Assembly (NCBI RefSeq): GCF_039654945.1
Contig: NW_027361688.1
Span: 54,870,001-54,934,000 of the forward strand
DNA length: 64,000 bases
Direction: 5' to 3'
From: Dendrobates tinctorius
Taxonomy: Eukaryota
The notes beneath the pieces are model-generated. The model was not told the DNA's origin and searched no databases. It saw nothing but the letters and a program-made list of their open reading frames with translations. Both the position numbers and the translations under genes were made by a program. This document shows positions 51,517 through 64,000 of this stretch, in pieces (the stretch's first letter is position 1; every line of letters begins with the position of its first letter).

Positions 51517-52551
51517 ATGAAATGAGGGTGGACATTTCAGCAAGACAATTATCCCAAACACACAGTTAGGGAAACTCACAATTAGTTTCAGAAAAGAAAA
51601 TAAAGTTGCTAAAATGGCCCAACCAATCACCTTGCCTGGACCCAATAAAATATTAATTGAAGGAACTAAAGCTAACAGTTGATAGAAGAAGCTCACTGAA
51701 CCTTCAGAATTTGAAGAGTTTTTGTGTAGAAGAATGAGACAAAATTACACCTGACCAATGCATGCGACTAGTTTCTCTATACTGGAGCCGTCTTTACCTT
51801 CACTGCAAATTTATATTCACTGAAATTATCTTTTCTCTTAGCCAATCCAGAAAAACACTCTAATTATGTCACTTCCTAGAAAAACACAATGGTATTCTAA
51901 TATTACTGAAGAAAAAAGAGACATAGAACACACAACCAAAAATCATACATTAATCTACTGCAAAAAATAAATGGAAATTCTTAGTTAACATACTCTTACA
52001 AGCACTATGATGAAATAAAAGCATGGTCTTGATGTAACAGCACAACATGATAAACAGCAGACGTGAAAATTCATATTATTTTAGATACAAGTAGCTACTG
52101 TGTGCTATTGCAATTACTCCAGCTTTCTGTTGATCATATGACAAACTGCATTTTATGTGAATACTGTATATTTAAAGTCATTGCTTCTTTCAAATAATCT
52201 TCGTGGGTCCCACCAGGCCAAAACAGACCAGCCTAAAGTAACTTCCAGTTTTTTTCCTACATTTTCTAGATTCTGAAACAAGTGAGATTGCAAACCTATG
52301 CTTCAATGTCTTAAACATTAAAAATCATTCCATTATTCCAGAAATAATAGAAAGCACGTAAGTGCCACAGTAGGTTGTGCTATGGTTGTCAGATCATCAG
52401 ATTTTAGTCTTCACATTTTGGTGCATACGGTATATTAAAAACATATGGCAGATCCTATCAGTGGCTTTAGCTTAGAACATTGTTTATTTAGAAGGCTCAT
52501 TATGCCTTCTGAATATCACAAAGCTTTTAGTTTCATCCTTAATTAACTAAC

Positions 52552-54975
52552 CTGTGGTGGATCTGAGGTTGGTAAAGCTTCTTTCACATTTTCACTTGTA
52601 GGTCCAGGATCATCAGCGTCAATGAGCTTATCCACAGGAACATCTTGATTTGGTTTCATATAAGTAAAGTCACTTTCACTGGCATCAAAGCCAACACAGA
52701 CATTGTAGGAGTAAGGAAAAGGTAATGTTCCATTCTCATAGTGAGAAAGGATTCTGGGATCAACTGGAGGATATAAATTGGAGCTGAGGTTACTGAACAT
52801 TGGTACGGGTTCTGATTTCTTGCACTTTGAGATAATGGCCAACATCACAGTGATAATAAAGAGCAGTGAAATTAATCCAAGGAAGATGATTAAGTAAAAC
52901 TGTAAATTAGATTGTGGATTTTCTTCCGTTCTTTCCTCATGGAACTTGGGAAACATCGGTTGTAAGTTGTTTGCAATAATGAGATTTAGGGTAACGGTAG
53001 ATGAGAGAGAGGGGTGTCCATTGTCCTTCACCATCACCACGATCTTATGATTCAATACATCCTTCTCTAGAAAAATACGAGATGTTCTTATTTCTCCAGT
53101 ATGTTGAGTAATGGCAAAATAAGAAGGCTCTGATAGTTGTAGAAAATGGTAAGAGAGCCAAGAATTGTGTCCAGAGTCCGGGTCTATGGCCACCACCTTA
53201 GTTATCAAGGACCCTTGTTCAGAATCAAAAGGGACCATTTCATATGCAGTCACACCTCCACTGTCTGCTGATGGGTATAATATTTTTGGTGCATTATCGT
53301 TCTGATCCACAATACGGATAAGCAATGTTGTGTTGCTGCTCAGAGGTGGAGATCCATTGTCTCTGGCATTTATTTGTATGTAAAACTCTTTTTGTTGTTC
53401 ATAATCAAATGATCTCTGGGCATATATGACCCCAGTCTCTATATTGATGGAGAGGTAGGAGGTTGCTGTGAGTTCTTCTATATCAGCAGTGTAGATGGAA
53501 TAAAATATTTTTGCATTGTCTCCAGTATCAGGATCTGAGGCTTGTATGCTGTATATGGAAGACCCTGGTAAATTGTTCTCCGGGACATATACAATATAAG
53601 TAGTTCTGATAAACATTGGAGGGTTGTCATTGACATCTGATACCTCCAGAGTGATGGTTCTTCTGCTGGAAAGTGGAGGAGATCCTCTGTCAGTGACTAA
53701 AATAGTAATGTTATAACTAGAAACCTTCTCTCTGTCCAAAGAACTTGTGGTAACAATTCTGTAATAATTGTCAGATGATAGCACTAAATTAAATGGCATT
53801 TCTTCCAAAAGTTTACAGTCCACCTCTCCATTCTGTCCTGAGTCTTTATCATGAACTTCAATCAGAGAGATCATTGTACCCAGAGCCGAATCCTCAGGAA
53901 TTGGAGAAGACAATGATGTGAGCGATATCTCAGGAACATTGTCATTCTCATCCATAACTTCTATCAATACTTTACAATGGGCTACAAGACCTCCTCCATC
54001 TTTTGCTTGTACAGAGAGCTCATAAATTTTAGTTAGTTCGAAATCTAACTTATCATTTGCTTTAATATCTCCGGATATGGAGTGAATGCTGAATGTTCCT
54101 GTATGATGGACATTTCTAGATGTTTTACTAAAGGAATACATGATCTGTCCATTGACCCCTTCATCCTTGTCTGTGGCATTCACTGTGATTATTGTGGTAT
54201 TTATTGGTGTATTCTCATTTACACTTACTTTATATACTGACTGGGTGAATATTGGGAAGTTATCATTAATGTCAGCAACAATAACCCTTATTAAGGCAGT
54301 TCCAGATCTCACAGGTTTGCCTCCATCCATAGCTGTTAATATAAGCTCATGAAGACTCTGTGTCTCCCTATCTAATGGTTTCTCTTGGATAAGCTCTAGA
54401 GACCTACTACCATCTGGATTTCTGTCTTCACTCAGTGTAAAATACTGATTATCACTGAGCTTATATGTCTGCACAGAGTTAGAGCCAATATCTGGATCTT
54501 CTGCCGTCTGTAAAGCAAACCTGGTCCCTGCTGATGTTAATTCAATAGTCTCTACAGAAAACATGTCAGGGAAGAATGCAGGAGAATTATCATTTATATC
54601 CTGAATTTCTACCTTTGTCTTAACAATATTGAATGGATTTTCAACCACAGCATCAAAGGTTAGGTAGCAAGAAGCTGCACTGCCACATAATGTCTCCCTG
54701 TCTATCTTGTCCTTAATATAAAGATTTCCACTGTCAGGATTTACATAGAAATATCTCTCTGCTGATCTGGATACAATCCTCAGTTTTCTAGATGAGAGCT
54801 CCTTAACATCTAATCCAAGGTCATCTGCAATATTTGCTATAACAGAGTCTTTCCTCATTTCTTCTACAATGGAATAATGAATCTGACTGGAGACTGAATG
54901 ACACAGCCAAGAAAATAAGATAGAAAATGTTACTTGCCATCTGAGTCCTTTGTATTTTTCTGTATAAGGTTTCAT
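52552..54975 (-). CDS. pcdhg: Protocadherin-gamma variable exon 6
   Basis: Intact 810-aa ORF. Donor CAG|GTTAGT at 52552/52551. Confidence 0.95.
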
Positions 54976-55180
54976 CTCATTTATCAGCTTCCGAATTCTT
55001 CCAAGAAATAGTATTTGGTAAACCAGTATTGAAATTCCAGAATATTATAGAAAATATTCTTATAAATCCAGTAAATATTGTAGAGAGCATGCAGATAATG
55101 TCTGCCCCCTCCTTGTGCAGATCTGCAGTATGTGTGCAAAGAAAACACCAGTGGATATCCAGTTCTGCATTTCTCTTTTT

Positions 55181-55225
55181 ATTAGGCAAACAGCGGCGCT
55201 CTGAGGTGAAACTGAGGAACTGCAG
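55181..55225 (-). promoter_or_regulatory. Pcdh promoter CSE, exon 6
   Basis: + strand attaggcaaacagcggcgctctgaggtgaaactgaggaactgcag. Confidence 0.9.
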
Positions 55226-55414
55226 TTTAGATTTTTTTTAGCATTCCATATTAGCACTAGGTCTTTTTAGATTTATAGACAATAAATATATTGAAATACT
55301 AATTTTACATTTTCAGAATCTCAATCAATCAATTAGTTTGTATACAAAATCTGCAATGGTTCTTTTCACCTAGAAAGTTGCCTTAAAGGTATATAGCTTT
55401 GCTTTCAAAACAAT

Positions 55415-55595
55415 ATAATAATAATGATCTTTTATTTATATAGTGCCAACATATTCCGCAGGGCTTTACATATATTATCATTGCTGTCCCCAATGGGGCT
55501 CGCAATCTAAATTCCCTCCTTGCAGATGTTGACCTTGGGATTTGAACCCAGGACTCCAGCACTGCAAGGCTGCCGTTCTATCCACTGAGCCACCA
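55415..55595 (-). mobile_element. Internally deleted SINE of the same family as 25997-26275
   Basis: Shares gaacccaggactccagc..tgcaaggct, cactgagccacc and caatctaaattccct with the full copy. Confidence 0.75.
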
Positions 55596-56709
55596 TTTTT
55601 TATAATTTCAACATATTTTTTAATTCCTGGAATTCTTCTAGTTACTTTTCTACATATTTAAATAGATTTACATTGATAAATAATTTCTAAAGTGTATTAT
55701 TCTACTTACAAATTAAGAGGAGCCTAGTAAGACATAACTCCCAACCAGCAACGTGTTTCTTGGCTTGCCATTTAATAACCTTTTTACACAGGCTGACCCC
55801 GCTTTAAATGAGCACTGAACCTTCAGTAATAAACTGTTCTGCTGCCATTGTCCTCAGCACTGCAGATCCTATTCACACGGGAAGATGTTCTGCCAAGGAT
55901 GATCATCTCTTGTGCAGCACAATCATTTCACCTATAGATGAGCATCATTGGGTGTTTGTTGGCCTGTTTAGACTCCACAATTAAAGCGAATGAGTGTTTG
56001 ATATAATCGTGGATTTCAAAAGAACCTTAGGACCTTTAGGATAATTTCAATCATAACTCAATTATATATGCACAGTAGGAGGGTGAATGGGTTCTCAGCG
56101 TATCACAATGACAGATCACAAAAGTTCCCATTGTTAGGAACCCCAAGGATCTGTTGGGAAATCTTATAGCAACAGTTCAATTTCCCAAAGCACCACTACA
56201 GGGTAAACTAATCATTACAGAGAAACCTACAAGTAATGTGGGAAAAAAAATTACCTTCAAATCTTGGTCCTTTGTCATTGCTGACTAATCTGGTGAAGAA
56301 ACAAAGGGCTCATTTAGATTAGACAATCTTCGGTGTTAAACAACCAATGATCACCTACATGTTTGCTGATCGATGGTGGTTTAACAACCTGCTTAGTCAC
56401 ATTGAGTATGCTTAAAATATGTTGTAAATGATTAGGAATAGATCATTCTGTGCTCATTGTTCCCGGCAGCACGTTCCTGATTACAGAGGATGATCTGATG
56501 TCAAGAATGGTGGCTTTTTGTAAAGCAAATTTAAAAGAACATTATGCCTTCCGAATAAGTAACGGAAAACCAAGAGCCTATTTACATTCGTTCGTGACAA
56601 TCACTCAAAGATACGTGACAGGGAACTCCTCTTTGTTAACTGAAAATTCCTTCATGGGTAACTAAAACAAGTTCTTTAAACTAAACAATAGTTTTAATAT
56701 GTATATATA

Positions 56710-58243
56710 CAGGGTGGGCCATTTATATCGATATACCTAAATAACATGGGAATGGTTGGTGATTAGAGTTGAGCGACTTTGGTCGGATCGGGTTTCATGA
56801 AACAAAATTCGTTTCAGATGAAACTGGTCCGACTAGGGCAAAAAAAGTCGGAGTTTCATCCGAAAGCCGACCCCAATGCAAGTCAATGGGGAATAAAAGT
56901 CGGCATTGAGTGGATGAATGTCATCCACTCAATGCCGACTTTTATTCCCCATTGACTTGCATTTGGGTTGGGTTTCAGATGAAACTCTGACTTTTTTTGC
57001 CCTAGTCGGACCAGTTTCATCTGAAACGAATTTTGTTTCATGAAACCCGATCCGACTAAAGTCGCTCAACTCTATTGGTGATATCAACTTCCTGTTTGCA
57101 GAACATTAGTATATGGGAGGGGGAAACTTTTCAAGATGGGTGGTTACCATGGCGGGCATTTTGAAATTTGCCATTTTGGATGCAACTTTATTTTTTCAAT
57201 GGGAAGAGGGTCATGTGACACATCAAACTTATTGAGAATTTCACAAGAAAAACAATAGTCTGCTTGGTTTTAATGTAACTTTATTCTTTCATGAGTTATT
57301 TACAAGTTTATGACCACTTATAAAATGTGTTCAAAGTTCGGCCCATTGTGTTGGATGGTCAATTCAACCCTCTTCTCCCACTCTTGACACACTGATAGCA
57401 ACACCACAGAAGAAATGTTAGCACAGACTTCCAGTATCCGCTGGTTCAGATACTGCACATCTCGTATCTTCATAGTATAGACAATTGCCTTCAGATGACC
57501 CCAAAGATAAACGTCAAAAGGGGTCAGATTGGGAGATCATGGTGGCCATTCAACTGGCCCATGACAGCCAATCCACTTTCCAGGAAACTGTTCATGTAGG
57601 AATGCTCAAACATGACACCCATAATTGATGGTATGTTGTGGTATATGGGGTACAAAGATAGTGGGGCCATTCTTCATCAATGGAAACATCAATGCCACTG
57701 GATATCTGAAATTTCTACATGATGATGCATTGCCCTCTTTATGCACTGAAGATGGCACGCTCCCCGAGTTTTTCCAGCAAGATGGTGCACCACCACATTC
57801 ATGGGTGTCAGGTCTGAGCAGTCCTACAAGGAAGCTGACCCCCTTAGGCTAGCATTTCTTCTGCGGTGTTGCTGTCAGTGTATGAACAGTGGGAGAAGAG
57901 AATTGCATTGATAATCCAACACAATGGGCAGAACTTTGAACACATTTTATTAATGGTCATAAACTTGTAAATAACTCATTAAAGAATAAAGTTACGTTAA
58001 AACCAAGCATACCATTGTTTTTCTTGTGAAATTCTCAATAAGTTTGATGTGTCATATGACCCTCTTCCCATTGGAAAAAATAAAGTTGGATCCAAAATGG
58101 ACAACTTCAAAATGGCCACCATGGTAACCACCCATCTTGAAAAGTTTCCCTCCTCCCATATACTAATGTGACATAAACAGGAAGTTGATATCACCAACCA
58201 TTCTCATTTTATTTAGGTTTATCCATATAATTTGCCCACCCTG
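56710..58243. mobile_element. Tc1/mariner-superfamily non-autonomous element with long inverted repeats
   Basis: TA|CAGGGTGGGC...GCCCACCCTG|TA. Transposase fragment VCCGIWGTKIVGPFFI...FFQQDGAPPH at 57625-57800. Confidence 0.8.
56764..57074. mobile_element. hAT MITE, near-perfect palindrome, nested in the mariner-like element
   Basis: TIR TAGAGTTGAGCGAC; 8-bp TSD TTGGTGAT. Confidence 0.9.
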
Positions 58244-59980
58244 TATAATATATACATATATATATATATATCCATATCCCATCATACAGTAGCGTGGACA
58301 ATCTTGTTTAGAGTTTACACTATACTAACACAAAAAATGTAAAATAAATATATTTTAAAAGATCAATATAATTCAGTGTGTTCTTTATATCTAAATACAA
58401 AGATAGAGAACAGAAGTTCTAATAGGACAACTACTTTGCTAGAATAAGAACAATATAATGTGCTAGAATTTTATAATATGTGGGATTAAAAAAGGTAAGA
58501 AAATTAAATATGTAGTGGAACTGACACCCACCCATAATATGCCATTTATAATACTTGCGTGTTCTTGCTGTATATGCCAGGGGTGCTTTTGGGCACCATC
58601 AGCCATCATGCATATATTTTTACATCTGTACCTATTAACAGTGTGCACCTGATAAAGTGCACAAACTAATTACAGAATAGATTTAAACAGCATTTTAAAT
58701 GCTTTACAACTTATGCAAATTCTCCACCAAATGTTTATGAATCTCCCCTAGCAAAACAAAGTATATAACCAAAAAGAAATGTCTACCTCACAATAACAAT
58801 ATCATACAAAATCATAAATAAAGATATATTTAAATAGAGAAAGGCATAAAGCAAGAAACTAAGGTAACATAATAAACTCAATATTCCTCTCCCAAAAATT
58901 AAAATATAAGCATTAGAAATATAAACTTTTAATTTGTAAACCAAAATAGTCAAACCAAATCCACAAGGTCAAAATATATAAAGCAATAGGTAACAGAAAA
59001 CTGTGGACCTACATATGTACCAGTATGTCAAGGCAAGGTTTAGAAGCACAATATTGTGACCTTGCATAAATAACATGCATATCATATGTGTCATGTGCAG
59101 ATTAAATAGAGTAGATATTTCACAGGGAATAATAACATATTTTCAATGGTCAATATTATTAAATAATATTATAATATAATATTCAATTTTATATTAATAT
59201 AGCTGTTTAGCACAACAGAACTTATTCATCTAAGTTATGTAGCTAGTGCCTGTACTTCTCAGGTAGACACAATGAGGGTGCAAGAGCACCTCGACGCGTG
59301 TTTCACAGCACTGGTTTTTGTCGGGAGGCATTTTATATACTTTTTAGCATCTGCTTTAAATAGAGAACTAATTGTATATAATACCACATGAATTACAAAT
59401 GAAAATACTTTTTATGCATGTTTTCTTACAGCAAAATGGACATTATTGTGACTGCCATCACCCATCTTTGCATCTCCATTATAGATACAAATAAATAATT
59501 TAATTGATTTTAGTTCTTATAGAAGAAAAATGGAAATAAAAAAGAATGTTTTTATGTGAGAAAGACAATGAGCTGCTATTTTACAATTATGTAATGCTCT
59601 GTCCATCAGAATGTACTTTATTTTTATAATTAACAAACTGCAAAATGATAAAATAAAATATTACTTAAATTGATAAAAACCTTGTTGCCCTCCTGTCTTT
59701 GTTTCCCTTGCAATTTTCTGTTCTCTTGGTTGTTTTGATACAAACCCAACTACTGCCCATTACATGCTACAGCTGTCACACGCATGGTATATCCATGTTT
59801 GAGCTCAGTAGACAGAATGGTGGGGAAAAATGGAAGCCTTGGTACCGGGGATGCAATGAATTGGTAAGGTGAGTATTTCTTATTTTTATAACATTGTAAG
59901 GCTAAAAAAGTGACATGGAGCACAATAACCTCTTCAATTTTAAAAATGTTAATAACAGTTTATTTTTTAGTTAAGCTCAC

Positions 59981-62404
59981 CTGCAGAGCATCTGAGGTCG
60001 GTAAAGCTTCTTTAACACTTTCATCCCCAAGTCCAGGATCATCAGCATCAATGAGATTGTCCACAGGAACATCTTGATTTGGTTTCATATAAGTAAAGTC
60101 ACTTTCACTGGCATCAAAGCCAACGCAGACATTGTAGGAGTAAGGAAAAGGTAATGTTCCAGTCCCATACTGAGAAAGGATTCTCGGATCAACTGGAGGA
60201 TATAAATTGGAGCTGAAGTTACTGAACATTGAGATGGGTTCTGATTTCTTGCATTTTGAAATAATGACCAACATTACCGTGATAATAAAAAGCAGTGAAA
60301 TTAATCCAAGGAAGATGATTAAGTAAAACTGTAAATTAGATTGTGGATTTTCTTCAATGTCTTGTTCATTGAACTTGGGGACCATCTGTTGGAAATTGTT
60401 TGCAATAAGGAGGTTTAGGGTAACGGTAGAGGAGAGAGAGGGGTCTCCATTGTCCTTCACCATCACCACAATCTTGTGATTCAATACATCCTTCTCTAGA
60501 AAGATACGAGATGTTCTAATTTCTCCAGTTTGCTGAGTAATGGCAAAATAAGAAGGCTCTGACAACTGTAGAAAATGGTAAGAGAGCCAAGAATTGTGTC
60601 CAGAGTCCGGGTCTATGGCCACCACCTTAGTTATCAAGGACCCTTGTTCAGAATCAAAAGGGACCATTTCATATGCAGTCACACCTCCACTGTCTGCAGA
60701 TGGGTATAATATCTTTGGTGCATTATCGTTCTGATCTACAATACGGATAAGCAATGTTGTGTTGCTGCTCAGTGGTGGAGATCCATTGTCTCTGGCATTT
60801 ATTTGTATTTGAAACTCTTTTTGTTGTTCATAGTCAAATGATCTCTGGGCATAGAGGACCCCGGTCTCTATATTGATGGAGAGGTAGGAGGTTGCTGTGA
60901 GTTCTTCTATATCAGCATTGTAGATGGAATAAAATAATTTTGCATTGTCTCCAGCATCAGGATCTGAGGCGTGTATGCTGTATATGGAAGACCCTGGTAA
61001 ATTGTTCTCTGGGACATATACAATATAAGTAGTTCTGATAAAAATTGGAGGGTTGTCATTGACATCTGATACCTCCAGAGTGATGGTTCTTCTGTTGGAA
61101 AGTGGAGGAGATCCTCTGTCGGTGGCTAAAATAGTAATGTTATAACTAGAGACCTTCTCTCTGTCCAAAGAACTTGTGGTAACAATTCTGCAATATTTGT
61201 CAGATGATAACACTAAATTAAATGGCATTTCTTCCAAAAGTTTACAGTCCACCTCTCCATTCTGTCCTGAGTCTTTATCATGAACTTCAATCAGAGCGAT
61301 CATTGTACCCATAGCTGAATCCTCAGGAATTGGAGAAGACAATGATGTGAGGGATATCTCAGGAGCATTGTCATTCTCGTCCATAACTTCTATTAATATT
61401 TTACAATGGGATATCAGGCCTCCTCCATCTTTGGCTTGTACAGAAAGCTCAAAATTATCAGCTAGTTCAAAATCCAGGTTAAGATTTATTTTAACTTCTC
61501 CGGTCACAGGGTGGATACTGAATATTCCTGTATGATGGACTTTTTCTGATGTTTTACTAAAGGAATATGTGATCTGTCCATTGACCCCTTCATCCTTGTC
61601 TGTGGCATTCACTGTGATTATTGTGGTATTTATTGGTGTATTCTCATTTACACTGACTTTATATACTGACTGGGAGAATATTGGGAAATTATCATTAGCA
61701 TCAGTCACAATGATGCTTATTAAGGCAGTTCCAGATCTCACAGGTTTGCCTCCATCCATAGCTGTTAATATTAGCTCATGATGACTCTGAGTCTCCCTAT
61801 CTAATGGCTTCTCTAGAACAAGCTCTAGAAATGTACTACCATCTGGATTTCTGTCTTCACTCAGTGTAAAATACTGATTATCACTGAGCTTATATGTCTG
61901 TACAGAATTAGAGCCAATATCTGGATCTTCTGCCGTCTGTAAAGCAAATCTGGTCCCTGCTGATGTTAATTCAATAGTCTCTAAAGTGAATACATCAGTA
62001 TAAAATGTTGGAGAATTATCATTTATATCATGAATTTCCATCTTTATCTTCAAAATATTGAATGGATTTTCAACCACAGCATCAAAGGTTAGGTAGCAGG
62101 AAGCTGCTCTGCCACACAATGTCTCTCTGTCTATCCTGTCCTTTATAGAAAGGTTTCCATTATCCATATTTACATAGAAATATCTCTCTGCTGATCTGGA
62201 TACAATTCTCAGTTTTCTAGATGAGAGCTTCTCAATATCTAATCCAAGGTCATCTGCCACATTTGCTATAACAGATTCTTTCCTCATTTCTTCTACAATG
62301 GAATAATGAATCTGACCGGAGACTGAATGACACAGCCAAAAAAAGAAGATAGAAAATGTTACTTGCCATCTAAGTCCTTTGTCTCTCTCTGTATAAGATT
62401 TCAT
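59981..62404 (-). CDS. pcdhg: Protocadherin-gamma variable exon 7
   Basis: ORF 59960..62482; first ATG at 62404 (MKSYTERDKGLRWQV). Donor CAG|GTGAGC at 59981/59980. Confidence 0.95.
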
Positions 62405-62612
62405 CTCAATTACTGGCTTCTCAATTCTTCTAGGGAATATTCCTTGATATATCAGTATTGGTAATCCAGAATGTTCCAGCAAATGTAAATTTACATCCAG
62501 TTTTTTATAGAATAATGTAGACAGAATCCAGGAATGACTGCGTCTCCTGCAAATCTGCAGTATGTGTCTGAGAAAGGAAACAGTGGATCACCAGCTATGT
62601 ATTCCTCTTTTT

Positions 62613-62657
62613 CTTGATTAAACAGCGGCGCTCTGAGGAGAAATTGAGGAACTGCAG
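62613..62657 (-). promoter_or_regulatory. Pcdh promoter CSE, exon 7
   Basis: + strand cttgattaaacagcggcgctctgaggagaaattgaggaactgcag. Confidence 0.9.
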
Positions 62658-62918
62658 TCTACTTGTATTTCAGACTTACACACTAATAGCTGCTTAGAGA
62701 TACATAAGCATACATGATAAAGTCTCATTGTAAAATGTGCATACAAGCAAACCTACGCAGACATACATATATATATGTATAACATTTTACATATATTATT
62801 GTATCTAGAGATAGAAAGTGAGAATAATTTTTTGCATCTATTTTCTTATTTATTTACTCATTTTCAAATACATAGAAATAAGTTTAAATATATATTATAG
62901 CACATAAATATTTAAAGA

Positions 62919-63810
62919 CAGTGGGGAAGTAAGTATTCAACATGTCATCTATTTTCTAAATAAATATTTTGCTAAAGGTGGTATTGACATGAAATTCAAA
63001 TGTTGATAACACGATCCAATCCACACAAACCATAGATGTCCATAAACTAAGATATGCATAATAATGAGAAATAAAACAGGGAAAAAGTATTGAACATATT
63101 TACTGAAATTTAATTAATACTTTGTACAAAAGCCTTTGTTGGTGGTAACAGTTTCAAGGCGCCTCCTGTATGGAGAAACTTGTTACAGGAATTTCTCAGG
63201 TGTGATTTTGGCCCATTCTTCCATGCAAACACTCTACAAATCCTGAAGGTTCCATGGTCTCTTTCTCTGAACTCTGAGCTTTAGTTCCTCCCATAAATTT
63301 TCTTTTGGATTCAGGTCAGGTGATTGGCTGGGCCATTCAAGCAGATTTATTTTATTTCTCTGAAACCGATTGAGAGTTTCCTTGTCTGTTTTTGTCTTGC
63401 TGAAATGTCCTCCCTTGTTTCATCTTCATCATCCTAGTAGATGGCAGCAAATTTTTATCAATAATGTTTAGGCACATTTTGTCCACTCATCCTTCCTTCA
63501 ATTTTATGAAGTTCGCCAGTATTGTATGCTGAAAAACAGCCCCACATCATGATGTTCCCACCTCCAATCTTTCTTCACTGTTGGTCTAGTGTTTTTTGGG
63601 GTATTATGGAGTGCCTTTTGGCCTTCAAATAGCTTTTGTATTATTGCATCCAAAGAGTTCAATTTTGGTCTCATCTTACCAGACTATATTCTCCCTGAAT
63701 TTCACAGGTTTGTCTGCAGGTTGAACAAACTTTAAATATGCTTGAACATGCTTTTTATTCAGTAATGGAGTCTTGTGTGGTGAGCATGCATACAGGCCAT
63801 GGAGGTTGCT
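62919..63810 (-). mobile_element. Decayed Tc1-family fragment related to the 47200 element
   Basis: Starts CAGTGGGGAAGTAAGTATT and shares ataatgagaaat..acagggaaaaagtatt with about 47300. Minus-strand transposase-like remnants ([15 protein letters not shown]). Confidence 0.7.
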
Positions 63811-64000
63811 ACATATACTACAATTCCATATATTCAATTTACATATCGCAGCATTTCAGAGTGCAGCTTTAATTTGTTAGTTACAGTATGTACATTGGCT
63901 CTCTTAGCTTGCACTTGTTCACATTTGTATTTTTCTGTTTAGAAGTGTGGGTTCAATTTTTTTTATTTGTAATACACGTCCTCCAACTGAGCACTCCTAG

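Larger units (their letters stand above)
47200..51800 (+). mobile_element. Decayed Tc1-family transposon split by piggyBac-like, retrozyme and L2 insertions
   Basis: Transposase pieces occur in order: MGKASELSHDLHNLIV (about 47496), KTPLLNKKHVHAHLKFV (about 49115) and WTFQQDNYPKH (about 51529). Boundaries are approximate. Confidence 0.75.

Overview
Vertebrate DNA, probably from a frog (inferred from the repeat families), covering part of a clustered protocadherin-gamma (Pcdhg) variable region. Seven large variable exons lie on the minus strand. Each encodes a signal peptide, six cadherin repeats, a TM helix and a variable cytoplasmic segment, and each has a phase-0 GT donor and its own promoter CSE/CTCF element. 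No constant exons are in the window. Exon 2 has one in-frame nonsense codon right after EC3 and a CpG-decayed CSE, so it is probably a pseudogene. The introns are filled with nested transposons: L2 LINEs, Tc1, hAT, piggyBac-like, Kolobok/T2 and Harbinger MITEs, tRNA-derived SINEs, a solo LTR and a Penelope-like palindrome. The most notable non-genic element is a young, TSD-flanked, 1.5-copy insertion of a 331-bp monomer (48161-48666) carrying a complete type I hammerhead ribozyme, snRNA-type promoter motifs and a CTCF motif oriented opposite to the Pcdh promoter CSEs. It looks like a retrozyme or satellite-2-like circular-RNA element. All calls were made by reading the sequence; no database searches or folding computations were run.
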